A stretch of DNA of 64,000 nucleotides. It comes from the human T2T-CHM13v2.0 reference genome, Homo sapiens. The notes beneath the pieces were generated by a model. The model did not search any database. It was not told where the DNA came from and saw nothing but the letters and a program-made list of their open reading frames with translations. How positions within the stretch are numbered: position 1 is the first letter of the stretch; every line of letters starts with the position of its first letter. Location: the NCBI RefSeq assembly GCF_009914755.1, contig NC_060925.1, one strand, 5' to 3'. Shown here piece by piece: positions 28,038-44,634 of the stretch. The position numbers and the translations under genes are program-made.

Positions 28038-29056
28038 GGACACATAAGAAAAGGGTAAGAGGTCTTCAAAATGTTAGCTGGGGAGCAGTGCATACCAATT
28101 CCAAAGCAAGTTTCAAAGCAAAAGAGGTGTCCCATCCTCTTTTTGGAGCCTAAAAATGCAGCTCTCAATCCTCTTAACCTTGGCATTCTGTTCTCAGCTC
28201 AGTCCTTCCTACTCACTTTGTCCCTCTGACTGCTCTCTTCCTTTCCCGAGTCTTCACCCCATCCATGTAACTTCTGTGCACGGCATCTGTGTCTCAGCCC
28301 TGTTGGGAGGCCATAGGAATGATATTCCTAAACAGCCAGTTAACATTTCGACCTAGATTATCACAGCTCTTGAGCACAGTGTATCCAAAACAAAACCCAT
28401 CCCATTCTTCATAACCTTGCTGCTCTTCTGGAGGACCAAAACTCTATATCAACATCACCTATTCTGTCTTCCAAAGTCTAAGATTTTGAGTCATCTAAAA
28501 TACCCTCATATTTCTCAGTCCTCACCAAATGGTATCAATACCGTTTCATACTAATATATAGTAATATCAATAATAGCAATACAATTAGAAAGAGAACTTC
28601 CTTTTATATAATTTATCTCACACTAAGTTATGAAATATTTTCGTTCTCAACTGCGTTTTTCAAGTAACAGGTTTTACATGATTTTAAAATAACAGAAAAT
28701 GTTATTTGGTAAACAAAACTTAATGGACAAAATCATTCACAACCCAAAGAACAATGATGGAGATTATTTAAGTGCCCTTGGGCATGGAGAGGCACAGGTC
28801 TCTAACTGACTGATAGGCTGGCTCAGCAATGAATGGCAGGACCATGAGGCCAGGAAGAGAGGTACAAGAAAGGTGAAAAGTGGGTGTACCTGGAAGTTTT
28901 GTCCACCAGCAACTATTCCTGGAGAAAGTCATTTAGTCCAGAATCTCTAATCCAATGCTGATGGGTGGTCAGAAGCTCAAAAGAGTAGTCTGAAGAGGAG
29001 AGGGGAGAAGGAAGTAAGTGGCTCTGTTATTTTAAAATAATTTGAGTACCAAATAC

Positions 29057-29396
29057 AGTCATCCCTCAGTATCCATGGGAGATTTGTTCCAGGACCCTCC
29101 CATAGATACCAAAATCCACAGATGCTCAAGTCCCTTATATAAAATCACATAGTGTTTGTATATAACCTATATACATCCTCTGGTATAATTTAAATCATCT
29201 TTAGATTACTTATAATACCTAATACGATTCCTAAACATCACTTCATTGTGTGGGGTGGGTTCAGCATAGAACTCTGCACACTGCAAATTCAAGTTTCACT
29301 TTTTGCAACTTTGTGGAATTTTTTTTCTGAATACATTTGACCCACAGTTGGTTGAATCCACAAATGTGGAACCCACAGACATGGAGTAACAGCTGT
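29057..29396. mobile_element. MER2-like Tigger MITE
   Basis: TA-CAGTCATCCCTCAGTATCCATGGG...CCCACAGACATGGAGTAACAGCTG-TA, with terminal inverted repeats. Confidence 0.8.
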
Positions 29397-29702
29397 ATGT
29401 TTAAGGAACCTATAAACTCTCCTCAGGCTAGAGATGGAAACTAGCAGGATAACAGGATAACTTCTACACACTTCTCTCTTCTCCCTACACACTTCTCACC
29501 TCTCCCTGGTGCAAACTTTTGGGAAATTATTTTTGTTTCCATCCATCAAGTTGATCAAAGATAAAAGTAACTTAGGTCCTCTGAGAAAAGGAGCAACTAG
29601 AAGAGGATGATGAATGAGATGGTTCTACCTGGCAGGAGCTGAAAATCAGATCCAGAATATTTGCACCCAGGCAGCTTTCAGGATGGGATTTAGAAAGCAA
29701 AC

Positions 29703-29768
29703 ATGGATGGATGGATGGATGGATGGATGGATGGATGGATGGATGGATGGACGGACGGATGGATGGAT
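29703..29768. repeat. (GGAT)n microsatellite with GGAC variant units
   Basis: Read directly. Confidence 0.95.
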
Positions 29769-31740
29769 CAGTTAATTGATCAAAATATAGGTGATTCTAA
29801 ATATTGATAGATATTGAACTAATACAATAAATAGGATATTCTAAGTTAAAAAAATCAAAGAGAATTCATTGATTCAAGCACAGAGGAAGCCTACTACAGA
29901 GCATAAAACTGAACCTGGAGTAGATAACAGACTTCACAACAACTTTCCCACAGCTAGATTATGACAGACAGAACTTCCCAGGTTCCAGAACTTGAATCCT
30001 TTTTCTGCCCTTTCTGACTTCATTTTCCTAATTTATAATGTAAGTCTGGCTCCTCAGAGGCATCAAATAGAGACTCAGGGACCATTGTTCTAACACAAAA
30101 CTGCAAGAGGATGAGGCTGGGATACAAATCTAGTGTTATGTTATCTCCTCTCCCAGAACTCCTTTGGTCCAGAGGTTAAGAAAACATATATAAAATGGGT
30201 TGAGAACACAGCATGTATTCTGGTGGGGAAGTGGCAGAAATAATGAAAAGTCTAAGACAAAATAATATATAATAAAGTCCTGGAAGTGTGGCTTTGGAGG
30301 GAAATCAGAGTTCCACAGGTGATAAGCAACGCCTTATTTCAGTCCTTCTGGTGTGTCAGTGATAGTGTATAAAACCTTCTTTGAAGATGAAAAACTAAAC
30401 TCTTACTTTGGGGGCCTCTGTGACTGTGAGGCACAGGCTTCATGGCCCCACCAATAGCAGTGACAGCCTTGGGGTCAACTCAGAAGTGTCTTTCTTGTCC
30501 TGTGTTGGAATCAGGCTGAACCTCTGACCGTAAACTCCACAGGTGCCAATTTTGCTTTCTATTCAAGGCTCAGCTGTTTGGATGGTGCAGCTAATGCTCT
30601 TACTCACCCAAGCCTTCTCTTTCCCATAAGCCATCCCTAGTGCCTCACATGACACAATTCCTAGCTCCTTCTCTGCCCAGTCTCTTTCCTTGTACCTATA
30701 TACTGGGTGGGTTGATAGGGCAGGTCCAGAGAATCATTCCTAATCTGTGTCTGGGCAGAGATTTTCCAAGGACAGTCTCAGGGAGAACTAGATTTCTGCC
30801 CTGCCTTGTACCAAGGAGGGTTCTGCATTTGTAGTTTTAGTTCTGATTATAGTAGAGGGGAATGAAAGGTTTTTAATCATTGAGGATGAAGAAGATTTGA
30901 GTGTTTATGAGCCTCTCCTACATGGGCATTTAACTTAGTTACTTAGGTTTTGTTGTTTGAGAAAGAACCCCATGTGAAAATCTGGTTTCTACAAGCCTTT
31001 TTGTTGTTGTTGTTGTTGTTCTCTTGGTCCCAAGGAAGTGTTCCTAATATCAGCAGCAACAAAAAAATTACTACCCCTTCTTCTCTCTTCCTTGATACCT
31101 AAGCTCTGACGCTGCACCCTCAAATAAGCAGAATTGGGCCTCTGGACAGCAGAGGACCACCCAACCAGGTAGAAGCAACACATTTCACAGTCTCCAGATC
31201 ATGGGGATGAAGATCTCCAAGAATAGATATGTCATTTCATTCATCACTCACTCCCATATTAGCCCACATTATCAAGATCTGGAAGACCAAAGATGGATTT
31301 TGAATCTAGGAAAAGAACAGTCCTACTCAAAACTCTCTTGGGACAACTGATACCATCCACACAGAGACAGAAAATATCTTGATGTGCTTGGCACTTTAGG
31401 AAGTTGAGTATCACAGAATTTGAGGGCAGTTAAAGAACTGTAAAAATCCACTTGATCTCTTCATAAAAGTGTTTAGGAAAAAAAAATCCACTTGAAAATT
31501 GACAAAGGTCTATAAAGGGAACATAAGTTGGAATGGAGAAGAGGGGCCGAGATCCAGAACCATGGCATAATCAGAATGGACCCTGATGCAATCTACTTTG
31601 ATTCCACCACCACCATCACAGAAGGCTCAAAATATATATGAGATATTTGGATCCTAATAACCTTGGCATGCCATACTGCAGTTAATGATCTGAAGAAATA
31701 AATAAGAGACCCTTTGTTTTGGAAAAAAAATAAAATCTCT

Positions 31741-32050
<310 letters not shown>

Positions 32051-33441
32051 CTAAACTAGGTAGGGTAAATTTGGCAATTACAGTAAGTTATTTTGATATG
32101 TTTACTGTATTGGTACCATATAAATTTGTTTTACATCTGTTTAATGATTAGAGATTAGGAAGGTGGAACTTAACTATTACTCTCCTAGATGCTGAATGTA
32201 CAATGGAGGATAACTCAGAAAACATTTAAGTTCTCTGACCTTATCTTCTTATAGAAGATATAAGCCAAAATATGTAAACTTACAAGTAAATAATTTTAAA
32301 TGATAATAAAGGTTTTTGGATCTTACCTGCTTCATTGTCATTTGGACCAAAAGTCATGTTTGCCCTCCACCACAATAATATAGTAATGTTTTTAAGAAGA
32401 TTCAACAAAAAATACATTTTATTTAATCATGTAATACTTGCTAATAATATGGCAATTATCTTAATACATTAGCCTAATATTTGCTACCCCATGTCTTATA
32501 AAATATTAGAACCTGAGTATAAATGGTTCCATGATCCCATGAGCAGGAGAAATGCCATATTCTAAATCACCTTCTTGGTGCTCTGAGTAGTGTCTCCATC
32601 AAAGAAGAATCTGTTTTACTTTAACATCTCAAAAATAATATCACTAGGAGAGAAGAATGCTTTATATAACATAGTTATCAACACCAACCAAAAAGAATAG
32701 ACTCTTCCACCAACTGTTGAAGCACCATCAGTTCTGGAAACACTCAGTTCCATAGAAGAACCTCCTAGACCAAAGGCTCAATGCAATGCCCATAGCTTTA
32801 TCTATTTTCAACAAGCAGTCTGGGAATTGGTCTCTCAAAGTTCCACTTCAGTTGTGTCTTGATAGAACTTTCACTGAATCTTACATCACATAGAAGTATA
32901 TCAGGAGCTCAACTCAGCACAGAGCTTCAGTTTTACAGCAAGAAAGACATGCATGTGAATGCCACAGAAATTGATTTCCCTCACAGTCTCATTAATTCTG
33001 TACCTATATTTTGGCATTTATAACAATCTGGTTTTGACTGTTATTATTTTTATCATAATAGCAGAATCATAATAGTTGCCAATTATTAAGTGCTTATTAT
33101 CTGCTTGGGACATTACTAGATGCTATTTTATATTATCCGAAATTCTTAAATTTCAAAGAAGTTTTGAAGGAATTACATAAGCATATGAATGATCCTATGG
33201 AAAGGCATTGATACATTCTTAGAACTATTGAAGAGAACATAAAAGTATGCTAAAATACCCCCAGCAATGAAAAATCCAAATAAGTACCAAACGAAATCAG
33301 ATAAAACCTGAGAAGGAAGATGCAGATTTGGACAACAGGGAATTCTTGGTCAATGTGCAATTTGAATCAGAAGAGCATAGGCTATGAGAGCACCCTATCT
33401 GGATGCCAATCCCAACTGTCATCTTGACTGTGTACTCATGA

Positions 33442-33483
<42 letters not shown>
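33442..33483. repeat. (TG)n microsatellite
   Basis: Read directly. Confidence 0.95.
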
Positions 33484-33487
<4 letters not shown>

Positions 33488-33527
33488 TGTAAAATTTGGC
33501 ATGTTAGATCATCAAATAAATCAGCCT

Positions 33528-34544
<1,017 letters not shown>

Positions 34545-37500
34545 AGTCTTACAGTTTATATTAACTAATATAACTAATTAATTTATTTAGACATGATTTT
34601 AAGTTACAAAGTGTAATGGAATTTGGTTAGGTTTCTAAACAGCATTGAAATGCTTAAGAAAACATAAGAATCAAAAGATGTATAAATTTTCTTCGAGTAT
34701 GTATTTGGAATTGTATTAGTCAGTGGGAGACTTAAAGTACTCTAAAATTGAGGATATCAACTTGGTAACCTCAGTTTAAGTTGTTAAGAGAGTTTAACCG
34801 AAGTTGTTAACTGGATCAATTATTACTCCAAAGCTCCTTGAAAAAATTACACAAATTTCTAGAATTTTAATTAAATTAATAACATTAGTTATCTAACTTA
34901 TGGCTCACAAAAAGCTGTATAATTGGTAACTTTAATAAAGTAAATATAAATTTTGTAAACCAAAGTGTGCCTTAAATCATCTTTGTGATACACAAAAGCC
35001 AACTTCAAGGACACAAAAACAGCGTATGGCAATGAAAAATGAACAGAAAACAAAAGCTTTATGAGTTGCAAAGAGCAGGCAGAAAAGGTAGACCTGGGTT
35101 TAGGAATCAACTCCAGAAGACTACTGGGCAAGAGGACAAGAGAGAGGAAAGGAGGGAAGAAGAAAAGGTGGAAGAAGGGCTTGATAGAGAGATAAGAGAG
35201 GTATTCCATGGCTTCAAAAGAAAATACTTTTGATTTTAAAAATTAACCAGCATATGGTAAATCAGCTCAGGATCCCACAGACCCACATACCAGGCCCCTC
35301 ACTTGCTTTTCTCCCACTCAAAGGTCCTACCTCCCTGCACCTCCCCACGGCTGCCCACCACCCTCTGAGAGCCACCTCTGCATATGGTGATTCAGGCCAG
35401 GACCCCACAAATCCACCTAAGTAAATCAGCACTGGCTGGTCAGTGACTCAGAGAGGTGGCCAACAAGTGAGGAAGAACAGGGTATCATGGGCAACTGACA
35501 CAGAAATTCTCAAAGACCTAGAAGATCCAGGATCCACGATCAGCTCATTCCACCCTCTTTGGCCTTGGCAGTGACATCACATGGGAGGGTCAATCCTCCC
35601 TCTTTTCACGGAAGAGTACTTTGCTTGGCAAGGCTGTTCTTGTCACTAGTGTTTATTTGTTCACACCTGCCTTAAATGCCAGTATGACTGAAATGTTGAA
35701 ACTCTCTCATCTTCATTGGTTTAGCCTAAATTTTCCCAGGCAATTAGTTTCTCTGAATATGAGCAGGTAAACACCCTTCCTTCCTCCACCCTTTTCCCGG
35801 CCGTCCTGGGACTACTTGAAACACAGGTGTGTCTTACCACACACAAACACTAAAACTCAAAAAGAGAGTAAATAACAATTACAGCTACTATTGAGCTAAT
35901 GGATTGCATATAAACATTCAAGATTCTTGGACTACAGGAGCCTTTACACCCACTCGCCTCCCCAGGAATGCTTCCCTGTATTCATTCATCAGACTGACAT
36001 TTGAGAATTTGGGTTATACGGACTTGTGTGATCACACCATATACCCTTTCAGTACCTGAATCTCCACTGCACATGCCACCGCTTTTCCTCCACCCAGCCT
36101 ACCACCACTCACCACTATGGACATTTCTTCAGCAGATAATTGCTCACTTTTTCCACTGGCTAGGGCTTGGGTATCATGCACCAAAATGCTGAAAGTTGAC
36201 TGGAAACCCTGTGTATTCATCTCTGGTGAACAGCCACCTCTCAACTTCACAGCTGCCAACAGATGGTGGTCCCATCTCCCTGGCACAGATAGTGAAGTCT
36301 CTTTTTTTGCCCAGGTATGGTTCCATAAGCACAGTTTTCCCTACCAAATAATACAACAAAGCAAACACATCAACCAGTGAAATTAGTGGATGTCTAACAT
36401 TACCCAAAGACCACAATTCCCCTCTTGAGCTCTGCCCAATGCTTCTGCCCTCCCCTCCCATGCCCCCCGAATCCCCAGCCCTGTACTCCAGCTATCAGTA
36501 TCTACGTCTGTCCTTTGGCCATGTACTAAGGACTTGTTCAGACCTTCTTCTTTGGTTTACCAATTTCCTTTTACACTCAACTTTAATCCTCCATTGAAAT
36601 TGGAGCGACCTACAGCTTCAGGTATCCAGCATCCTCCTGAATACATGAGACAAGTGACAGTCAAGCCATGTCCCATGAGAGGACCAGGAATTGGCTTCCA
36701 CTCTACTTCACCTCTCACCTTCCAGGGTCTATCAACACTCCCTGACTGAAAAAACTATCCTTAAATTATAACTCTCATGCTCAGAAGACCAGGTCTACTT
36801 CTCCAGACTGTCCCATTTAGTTTTTTCTAATGAACCTTTTTATCTATCAATTCCACAGAGTTCTTTCCTGGTGGCACCTATCACAATACGTGGTCTGGTC
36901 TCATGCGGTTGACTTTTGCTGTAGCATTACAACATAAGTTCAAGTCTTCTATCACTAACCTACCACCTACCAGTCCTTGCACACATCCTTCCCCCACTCA
37001 AGAGTCCTGCCCCCAATGCACCTCATTGCACCTTTCCTTTGGCTGCCCCCACAGAGACCCCAGAGATACTGTGGGAAAGGGCTTCTGTGTCCTCTTTCTC
37101 CCAGGCTACCCTTCCTCAGGAGATGGAAACCTTGCTAGTCACTCAATACCTGCAAAACTGGAGTTTCCGGTACAAAAAAAGAGTTAGACACATCACATTA
37201 GTAACTGGAATGAGGCACCCAAAAAACGGAAAACTGGGGCAAACCCTTTTGTTTTCCAAAAGTTTGACTGTGCTTGGGATCAAAGGTACAAGATTACTTT
37301 TTATGCCACCTTAATCCTCTGAAGCAGGAAGTTGAAGAAGAGACAGCTACTGGGATTATCCCTAAAAGGAGAGAAGAGTTCCATTAGGGCTTGGGCTAGC
37401 CTTCATCTGGGCCGGAAGAAGATTGTATGGTTGGACTGACAGTGACCACTTTTTTCAAGGTGGGGTTTTAAAGAATTAGGATAGTTAAGTGCATAAATAG

Positions 37501-37900
37501 ACAGGCGGACAAACATAATATAATTCTAGAATTAACTTTGGAACTCTTACAAGTCTTCAATATTAGAGATGAAGAAATAAAGTCATGGAGATACTGAGGA
37601 ACTTCACTCAGACAGCACAGCTGGTTAATGTCAGTAAAGCTAGCATCCACATGTTCACATCCTATCTCACGTTCTTTCTACAACCCCAAGAGGGCTTACT
37701 TCACTTAAATTGAAGTCAAATCCCAGCTATTCAGAAACCACAAAGAACAGTCTTCAAATGAGGACACAGACCTGAGAATTTGAGTGAAGGCCTTGGGACA
37801 GAACATGGCTAACACTTCCAGAACCCCCAGGCTTGTGATATTCGATTACTCCCTGGCTGCTCTTTCAGAGCCTGTGGTTTGGACAATAAGAAAGAGTGAA

Positions 37901-37963
37901 GTTGTCCTACAGACAGAGGGAAATAAATATGGAGGTTGTCCTACAGAGAGAGGGAAATAAATA
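37901..37963 (+). repeat. Tandem duplication, 34-bp period
   Basis: GTTGTCCTACAGA(C/G)AGAGGGAAATAAATA at 37901 and 37935. Confidence 0.85.
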
Positions 37964-38799
37964 GAGGGAAATGATGGAGGCTCTAAAGGGAAGTCAAACA
38001 GAAAAAAAAATCTCAGATAAGAAAAGGAATCATGGGATCAGAAGCACATATTGAATGGAAATCTGCTCTAAAATACCTCCTGATGGTCTTTCAGCCTCTG
38101 CTTGAAGTCTGTCCACAATAGAGTGCTCTGTACAAGGGAGGCAACCAGATTTATTATTAATGAACTTACTTAGAAACTATTTCCTTGGTTGGACTGAAAT
38201 GTGCTTCCCAGTGACTTCTGTTACTTTAGGAGAATTTTGCTCTGAACTACAGAGCGGTTCCCTCCTTGTCACTGGAGGTGTCAGAGCAGAGGCTAGAAGT
38301 CCTGAGTCAGTGATGCTCCAGGGAGTTCCTTCCATGGGGTTGGAGGTGGCAAGACTCAAGTCTCTCACTGGCTTCAAGAATCATTTATGCCTTGGTTCTT
38401 CCCCACCTAGGCCACTCTTCCACCTGCTCATGGACTCCTCGGGAAATTTTACAGATTCTTTCACACCATAAAGGATGGGGCAGGAAAGATTCACTCAGTA
38501 ATTCAGAGGCATTCACATTTTTTACTTTGTTATAGTTTAATTTTTAGCAGATGGGCTCAGAAATTCATCTATGAGAAGGCCCTATGAAAGAGTCTATTTG
38601 AAATGTTATAGGGACATACATTTCTCTTATATGTTGACAAATGTTTGGCATAACCCATATGTAAGCCAACTATGAACAAAAGCTTTGATCAGACCTATTT
38701 CTTCCTCTTTGGTCACTCTTCCAAGAACTCCAATTTCATGATGTTGCTTTAGTAGAATTTAAAGAGCAGGCTAATACTGTGTAATTAATAGCATTTAGT

Positions 38800-39260
38800 T
38801 TTGTACCATCTCAGGATATTAATTACAAACAACAAAAGCTCACTCTGACTGATTAAACAGAAAAAGGGTTTATTAAAATATTATTGGGTAGATTATAGAA
38901 CTCTTGGAAAAGCCGCAGAACCAGGCTTGAGGCTAAGCATATAGGGGAAATGTCCAAAAACCACACCACAAAACTAGCCTGGTGAGGAAGTTCTACTGCC
39001 ACAGCGACTGCTCCACCATTGCTACATCATGCCAGGAACACATCTTTGCCTCCTCAGCCAGCCGCAAAAGGGAGCCACCACCCCTGCCAGCAAAATGTCT
39101 TCTGCAAGGAGACCCTCTTCCAATTGTTCCTTTCCAGAGCATAGCTCTGACTGGTAGAGCCTCCGTCACAGTGCGCACCCTGACTGCAAAACAGACTGTG
39201 AGATTTACTTTCTGGGTTCTACCTTGGGGAGAAGGAATACAAGTCTGTAAAATAGTCCAT
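38800..39260. mobile_element. Ancient ERVL/MaLR LTR fragment
   Basis: TCTCAGGATATTAATTACAAACAACAAAAGCTCACTCTGACTGATTAAACAGAAAAGGG..TTTATT resembles old MaLR/ERVL LTR ends. Confidence 0.4.
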
Positions 39261-39649
39261 ACATAGTGACAGTGTGCAAAGAGTACTGGAAAGCAAGGGA
39301 AAGGATTACATATATTTGCTACAGGCCCAAATTATCACTGGTTTTAGATCCAGGCAAGTTGAGACAACACCTGCACTGTCAGCCACATATTTGAAGCATC
39401 TGTCAGGAAATCCAGTTTTGCTAGCTGAAAATGACCTGGATGGATGCTGGGCTTTAAAAAAAAGAAAGAAACAAAAGAAAAGAAAGAAGAAACACTTAAT
39501 ACCTCAGGCAGCAGGCTGTACCCTAGAGTAAGGTAGACCTAACTGTATTTATTAATTGTGCTATGATGTTGACTGCTAAGATGTTATCATGGGTCCCAGA
39601 CCCAGGGAATTGTTAGAATGATCAGAGCTAATATTGTGAGCTTAACAAT

Positions 39650-40742
<1,093 letters not shown>

Positions 40743-41589
40743 CTAACTGGGTCCTAGTATTGGCTATGTAACCCTAGACAAGTTACTTTACATTTCTAGA
40801 CCTCAGTTCAGCAGTTGGAACACGTGGACTTTGGATTTTCTTCTTCCTGGAACTTCCTTTATGCACTCATGTTTGTTACTCACCCATGTATTTATCCATT
40901 GTCCATGTCTGCTTGTCAGTTTTAGTTACCTCCTACCCCCACCTGTCCAAGGTGCTCTTGTCCTCAGAAGATCCCACTGGCATGAATAAGACAGACTTGG
41001 AAACTTTTATCCTAGATAAAACTGGTCTGGAACACATAAAAAGTATTTCCCCAACAATTTTGATTCACTTCAATTCCTGAAATCTAACTTCTGACTTTCA
41101 AAGAAAATTCCACTTTGGCAGCTGTACAGGTACCAACAACAGTTTACCCTTACCTGGAAGAAGAGCCTTGGAGGAGAAAACACACCATGTCGGTATGGGT
41201 GTGACAAAGTCTACTTTTTCTAGCACTCCTGGGGCTCACAGAGAAGGCATTTATCAAGGGGCGAGATGAAAGCAGACTCAGATTTCATATAGCCAGTTCT
41301 TGCAGTCCATGTCAGTAAAAGTGAAAAAGCCCAGCAATAATGCATTGTCTCATTAAGGCTAATGTGAGTAAGATAATTCAAGTATGTAGATTTCTGGTAG
41401 TGTAATTTTATCTCAACAAAGAACTTAGAACAATGAGAAAAGTAAATAGAAACCATAATCCTATCATAACAGCCCCTGAAACCTGTGAGCGCAAGGGGGA
41501 TCTAGAATATTTCCAATGCCCCCTTGCAGTTAGTTAATCCCCTCCCAAAGGCACTGTTCAGATTCCTCACCATAGGTTAGTTTTCCTTA

Positions 41590-44080
41590 TTCTGCATTTC
41601 CCTGACTAATAGTGTTGTTAAGCACGTTTTAATATGATTTATATACATAGAATCATACAGAACGTACTCTGCTGTGTTTGGCTTATTTGCTAAACATAGT
41701 GTCTTGATACACATCAAATTCCTGCTTTTTTAATACTTTCTTAAGTTTTCTTAATGCTAGGCAGTATTTCATTGTATGAATTTTCCATAATTTATTGATT
41801 TACCTGCAGATGGACATTTAGGTTATTACAATTTGGGGCTATATGAACAAAGTTGTTACGAATATTTATGTACAAGTCTTTCGTGGACATGTTATTTCTC
41901 TTAAATGAATATTTAGGGGCAGAGCTTCTTGGTCATAGCATGGTTGTATGTTTAACTTTATAAGAAACCGCCAAATTGTTTTCTGCATTGATTGTGCCAC
42001 CTTACATTCATACTAGCACTGTATGAGAGTTCCAGGGGCTCCACCTCCTTGCCACACTTGCTTTGTCATTAATTTTAATATTAGCCATTTTTGTGGGTCT
42101 GAAATGATATCTTATGGGGCTTTTTAACTGCATTTCCCTGACTGATAATATGGTTAAGGATTTCACATGCTTTTTGGTCATTTATACATTTTCACTTGAA
42201 CATAAATGTAGGTCTATTTCTGAGTTCTTTATGCTTTTCATTTATCTATATGTGTATTCATACACCAAAACCACACATTCTTGATTGATGAGCATTTATA
42301 GTAAGTATTGAAACCAGATAGTGTGAGACCTACAACTTTGTTATTTTCCAAGATTGTTTAAACTTTTCTAGATTCTTTGAATTTCCATGTAAATTTTAAA
42401 TTTGGTCCATTAAGTCCTCCAAAAAAAAAAGCCAGCTGGGATTTTTATTAGGATTGCAAGGAATAAATAGATCAATTTAAGAGGACTGATACATTCAAAA
42501 TAGTGTGTTATCCAATATGTGAACCTATATCTCTTCATTTATTTGGATCCTGTCTAGTTTTTCTCCAGATTGTTTTATTATTTTCAGTGTAGCAGTCTTA
42601 CAAATTTTTGTTAAATATATTACTAACATTTTATCTTTTATGCTGTCATAAAGTTATTTCTAAATTTTATTTCCAATTGTGTGGTGATGGTTTATAGAAA
42701 TATAATTGATTTCTATATATTGACCTTGTATTCTGTGGCCTTGATAAAGTTCCATATTAGTTCCAATACATATTTCTATAAGTTTCTTAGGAATTTCTGC
42801 ATGGGCAATTATGCCATTTGTGAGTAAAGACATTTGTGCTTCTTCTTTCCAATCCATGCTTGTACTTATTTTTCTTACCTTATTGCACTGGCTGGAACTT
42901 CCAGGAAATGTTAGAATAGAAGTAGTAAATTGGGATATACTTGCCTTGTTTCTGATATTAGGGGAAAAATATTTCACAATTAATATAATGTTAGCCAAGG
43001 CTTTTCATAGATGACCTTCATCGCATAGAGAAAATTTCTTTCTATTCCTAGTTTGCAAGAGTTTTATCCTCAATGCATGTTGAATTTTGTCAAATGCTTT
43101 CTCTACATCTATTCAGATGATATAATTTCTTCCTTTATTCAGTTAATTTGGTGAATTACATTTATAATATTAAATAAACCTTGCATTCTGTGACAAATCC
43201 TCTTAATATATTGCTAGACTCAATTTACTGATATTTTCTTAAGGATTTTTGCTTCTATGCTCCTGAGGAATAACGATCTGTAACTTTCTTTTCATTTAAT
43301 GTCCTTGTCAAGTTTCAATATCAGGGCTACGTTAACCTGAAAAAGACTTGGTGAATATTCCCTCTTTCTCTGTTTTATGAAAGAAATTATGTATGATTGA
43401 AATTTTTATTTCTTAAGTGTGTGGTATAATTCACCAGTTAATCCTTTTGGACCTGGGGCATTCTATATGGGAAGGTTTTAAACTATGGGTTTTATTTCTG
43501 TAATAATTTTAGAGATTGTCTCAGTCAGGGTACAATGAGAGGAACAGAACCAGTTGGAAATGTACTTCAGAGATTTACTACAAGGACTCAATTTATGTGA
43601 TTGCAAAGGCAGCTAGGCAAGTCTAAAATCCAGAAGTCAGGACATCAAGAGGGTAAGCTGGAACTCTGTCATAGGCTGAAGCTGTAATCCACACATATAA
43701 TTTCTTCAGGGAAGATTTAGCTTGGCTTTTAAAGCCTTTCAACTGATTGAATCAGACCAGCCTGTATAAACTAGGATTTTCTCCCTTACTTAGAGTCAAT
43801 TCATAATGGACTTTAATCACATCTACCTTCACAGCAACACCTAGATTAGTATTTGATTGAGTAACTAGGGACTGTCATGCAGCCAAGCTGACACGTCAAA
43901 AGACCATCACAGGGCTGTCAAGTTTTCATTTATGTGTTAGTTTTTTATTTTCAAGGAATTTGTGCTTTTCATCTAAGTTGTAGAATTCAATATGAAGTTG
44001 TTTATAATATCCACTCATTTTAAATATAACAATGTCACGCCTATCATTTGTGAAATGGTTTCATTTTTAAATATACAATA
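41590..44080 (-). mobile_element. Old L1 (L1MC/ME-like), interrupted by an MLT2 LTR
   Basis: Antisense L1 3' UTR and ORF2 motifs: GATGGACATTTAGGTT, TTGAATTTTGTCAAATGCTTT. Confidence 0.75.
43517..43910 (-). mobile_element. MLT2-type ERVL solo LTR
   Basis: TGTCTCAGTCAGGGT...ACAGAACCAG...CCAAGCTGACACGTCAAAAGACCATCACA. Confidence 0.75.
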
Positions 44081-44634
44081 TCATCGTGTGTGTGAAGGTA
44101 CTCATGCCACAAACTAAATAAGGATAATAATGTTTGAAATAATGATAGTAGTCATAATAATAATTTTTAAGACCTAGGATTCATCTCTTATTCCTCTTTT
44201 CCTCACCTCCCACATACTACTTCTTCCTAGATCCCAAGTTCTGCCTTAAGCTTATTATCACTTCTCATCTTCTCATTATCTTCAATGTTCTTACCCTAAT
44301 TAGAGCCACCATCACCCTCACCTGAACCACTGCAGAAGTTTCCTATCTTGTGTCCTGATTTCTATCTTGTCTCCGTATTCCTATCTTGTGCCACAGCAAT
44401 CCCATATCAGAACAACCACAGCAATCATATAAAATATAGAGAAGATTATGTCCTCCCTAATTGAAATGATCAAATATCTTGCCATTGTATCTAGAGAAAA
44501 GTCTGAAGACCTTACTGTCCTACAAAGCACTTCATGCTGTGGCACTGACTCTTATGCTGACTTCATCATATCTTTCTTTCCTTGTTCACTAAGTTGCAGG
44601 AATATTGGCATTCTGGTGGCTTCCTTCCCTTTAA

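Noticed and set aside
30602-30702. Minus-strand TATATA with a GTGAGT donor
   Set aside because: Spacing (about 95 nt) differs from SPRR genes and no matching coding exon was found downstream.
35230-35424. C-rich stretch ending in PPK* as another SPRR relic
   Set aside because: No Gln head, no repeat periodicity and no correctly spaced acceptor and start codon.
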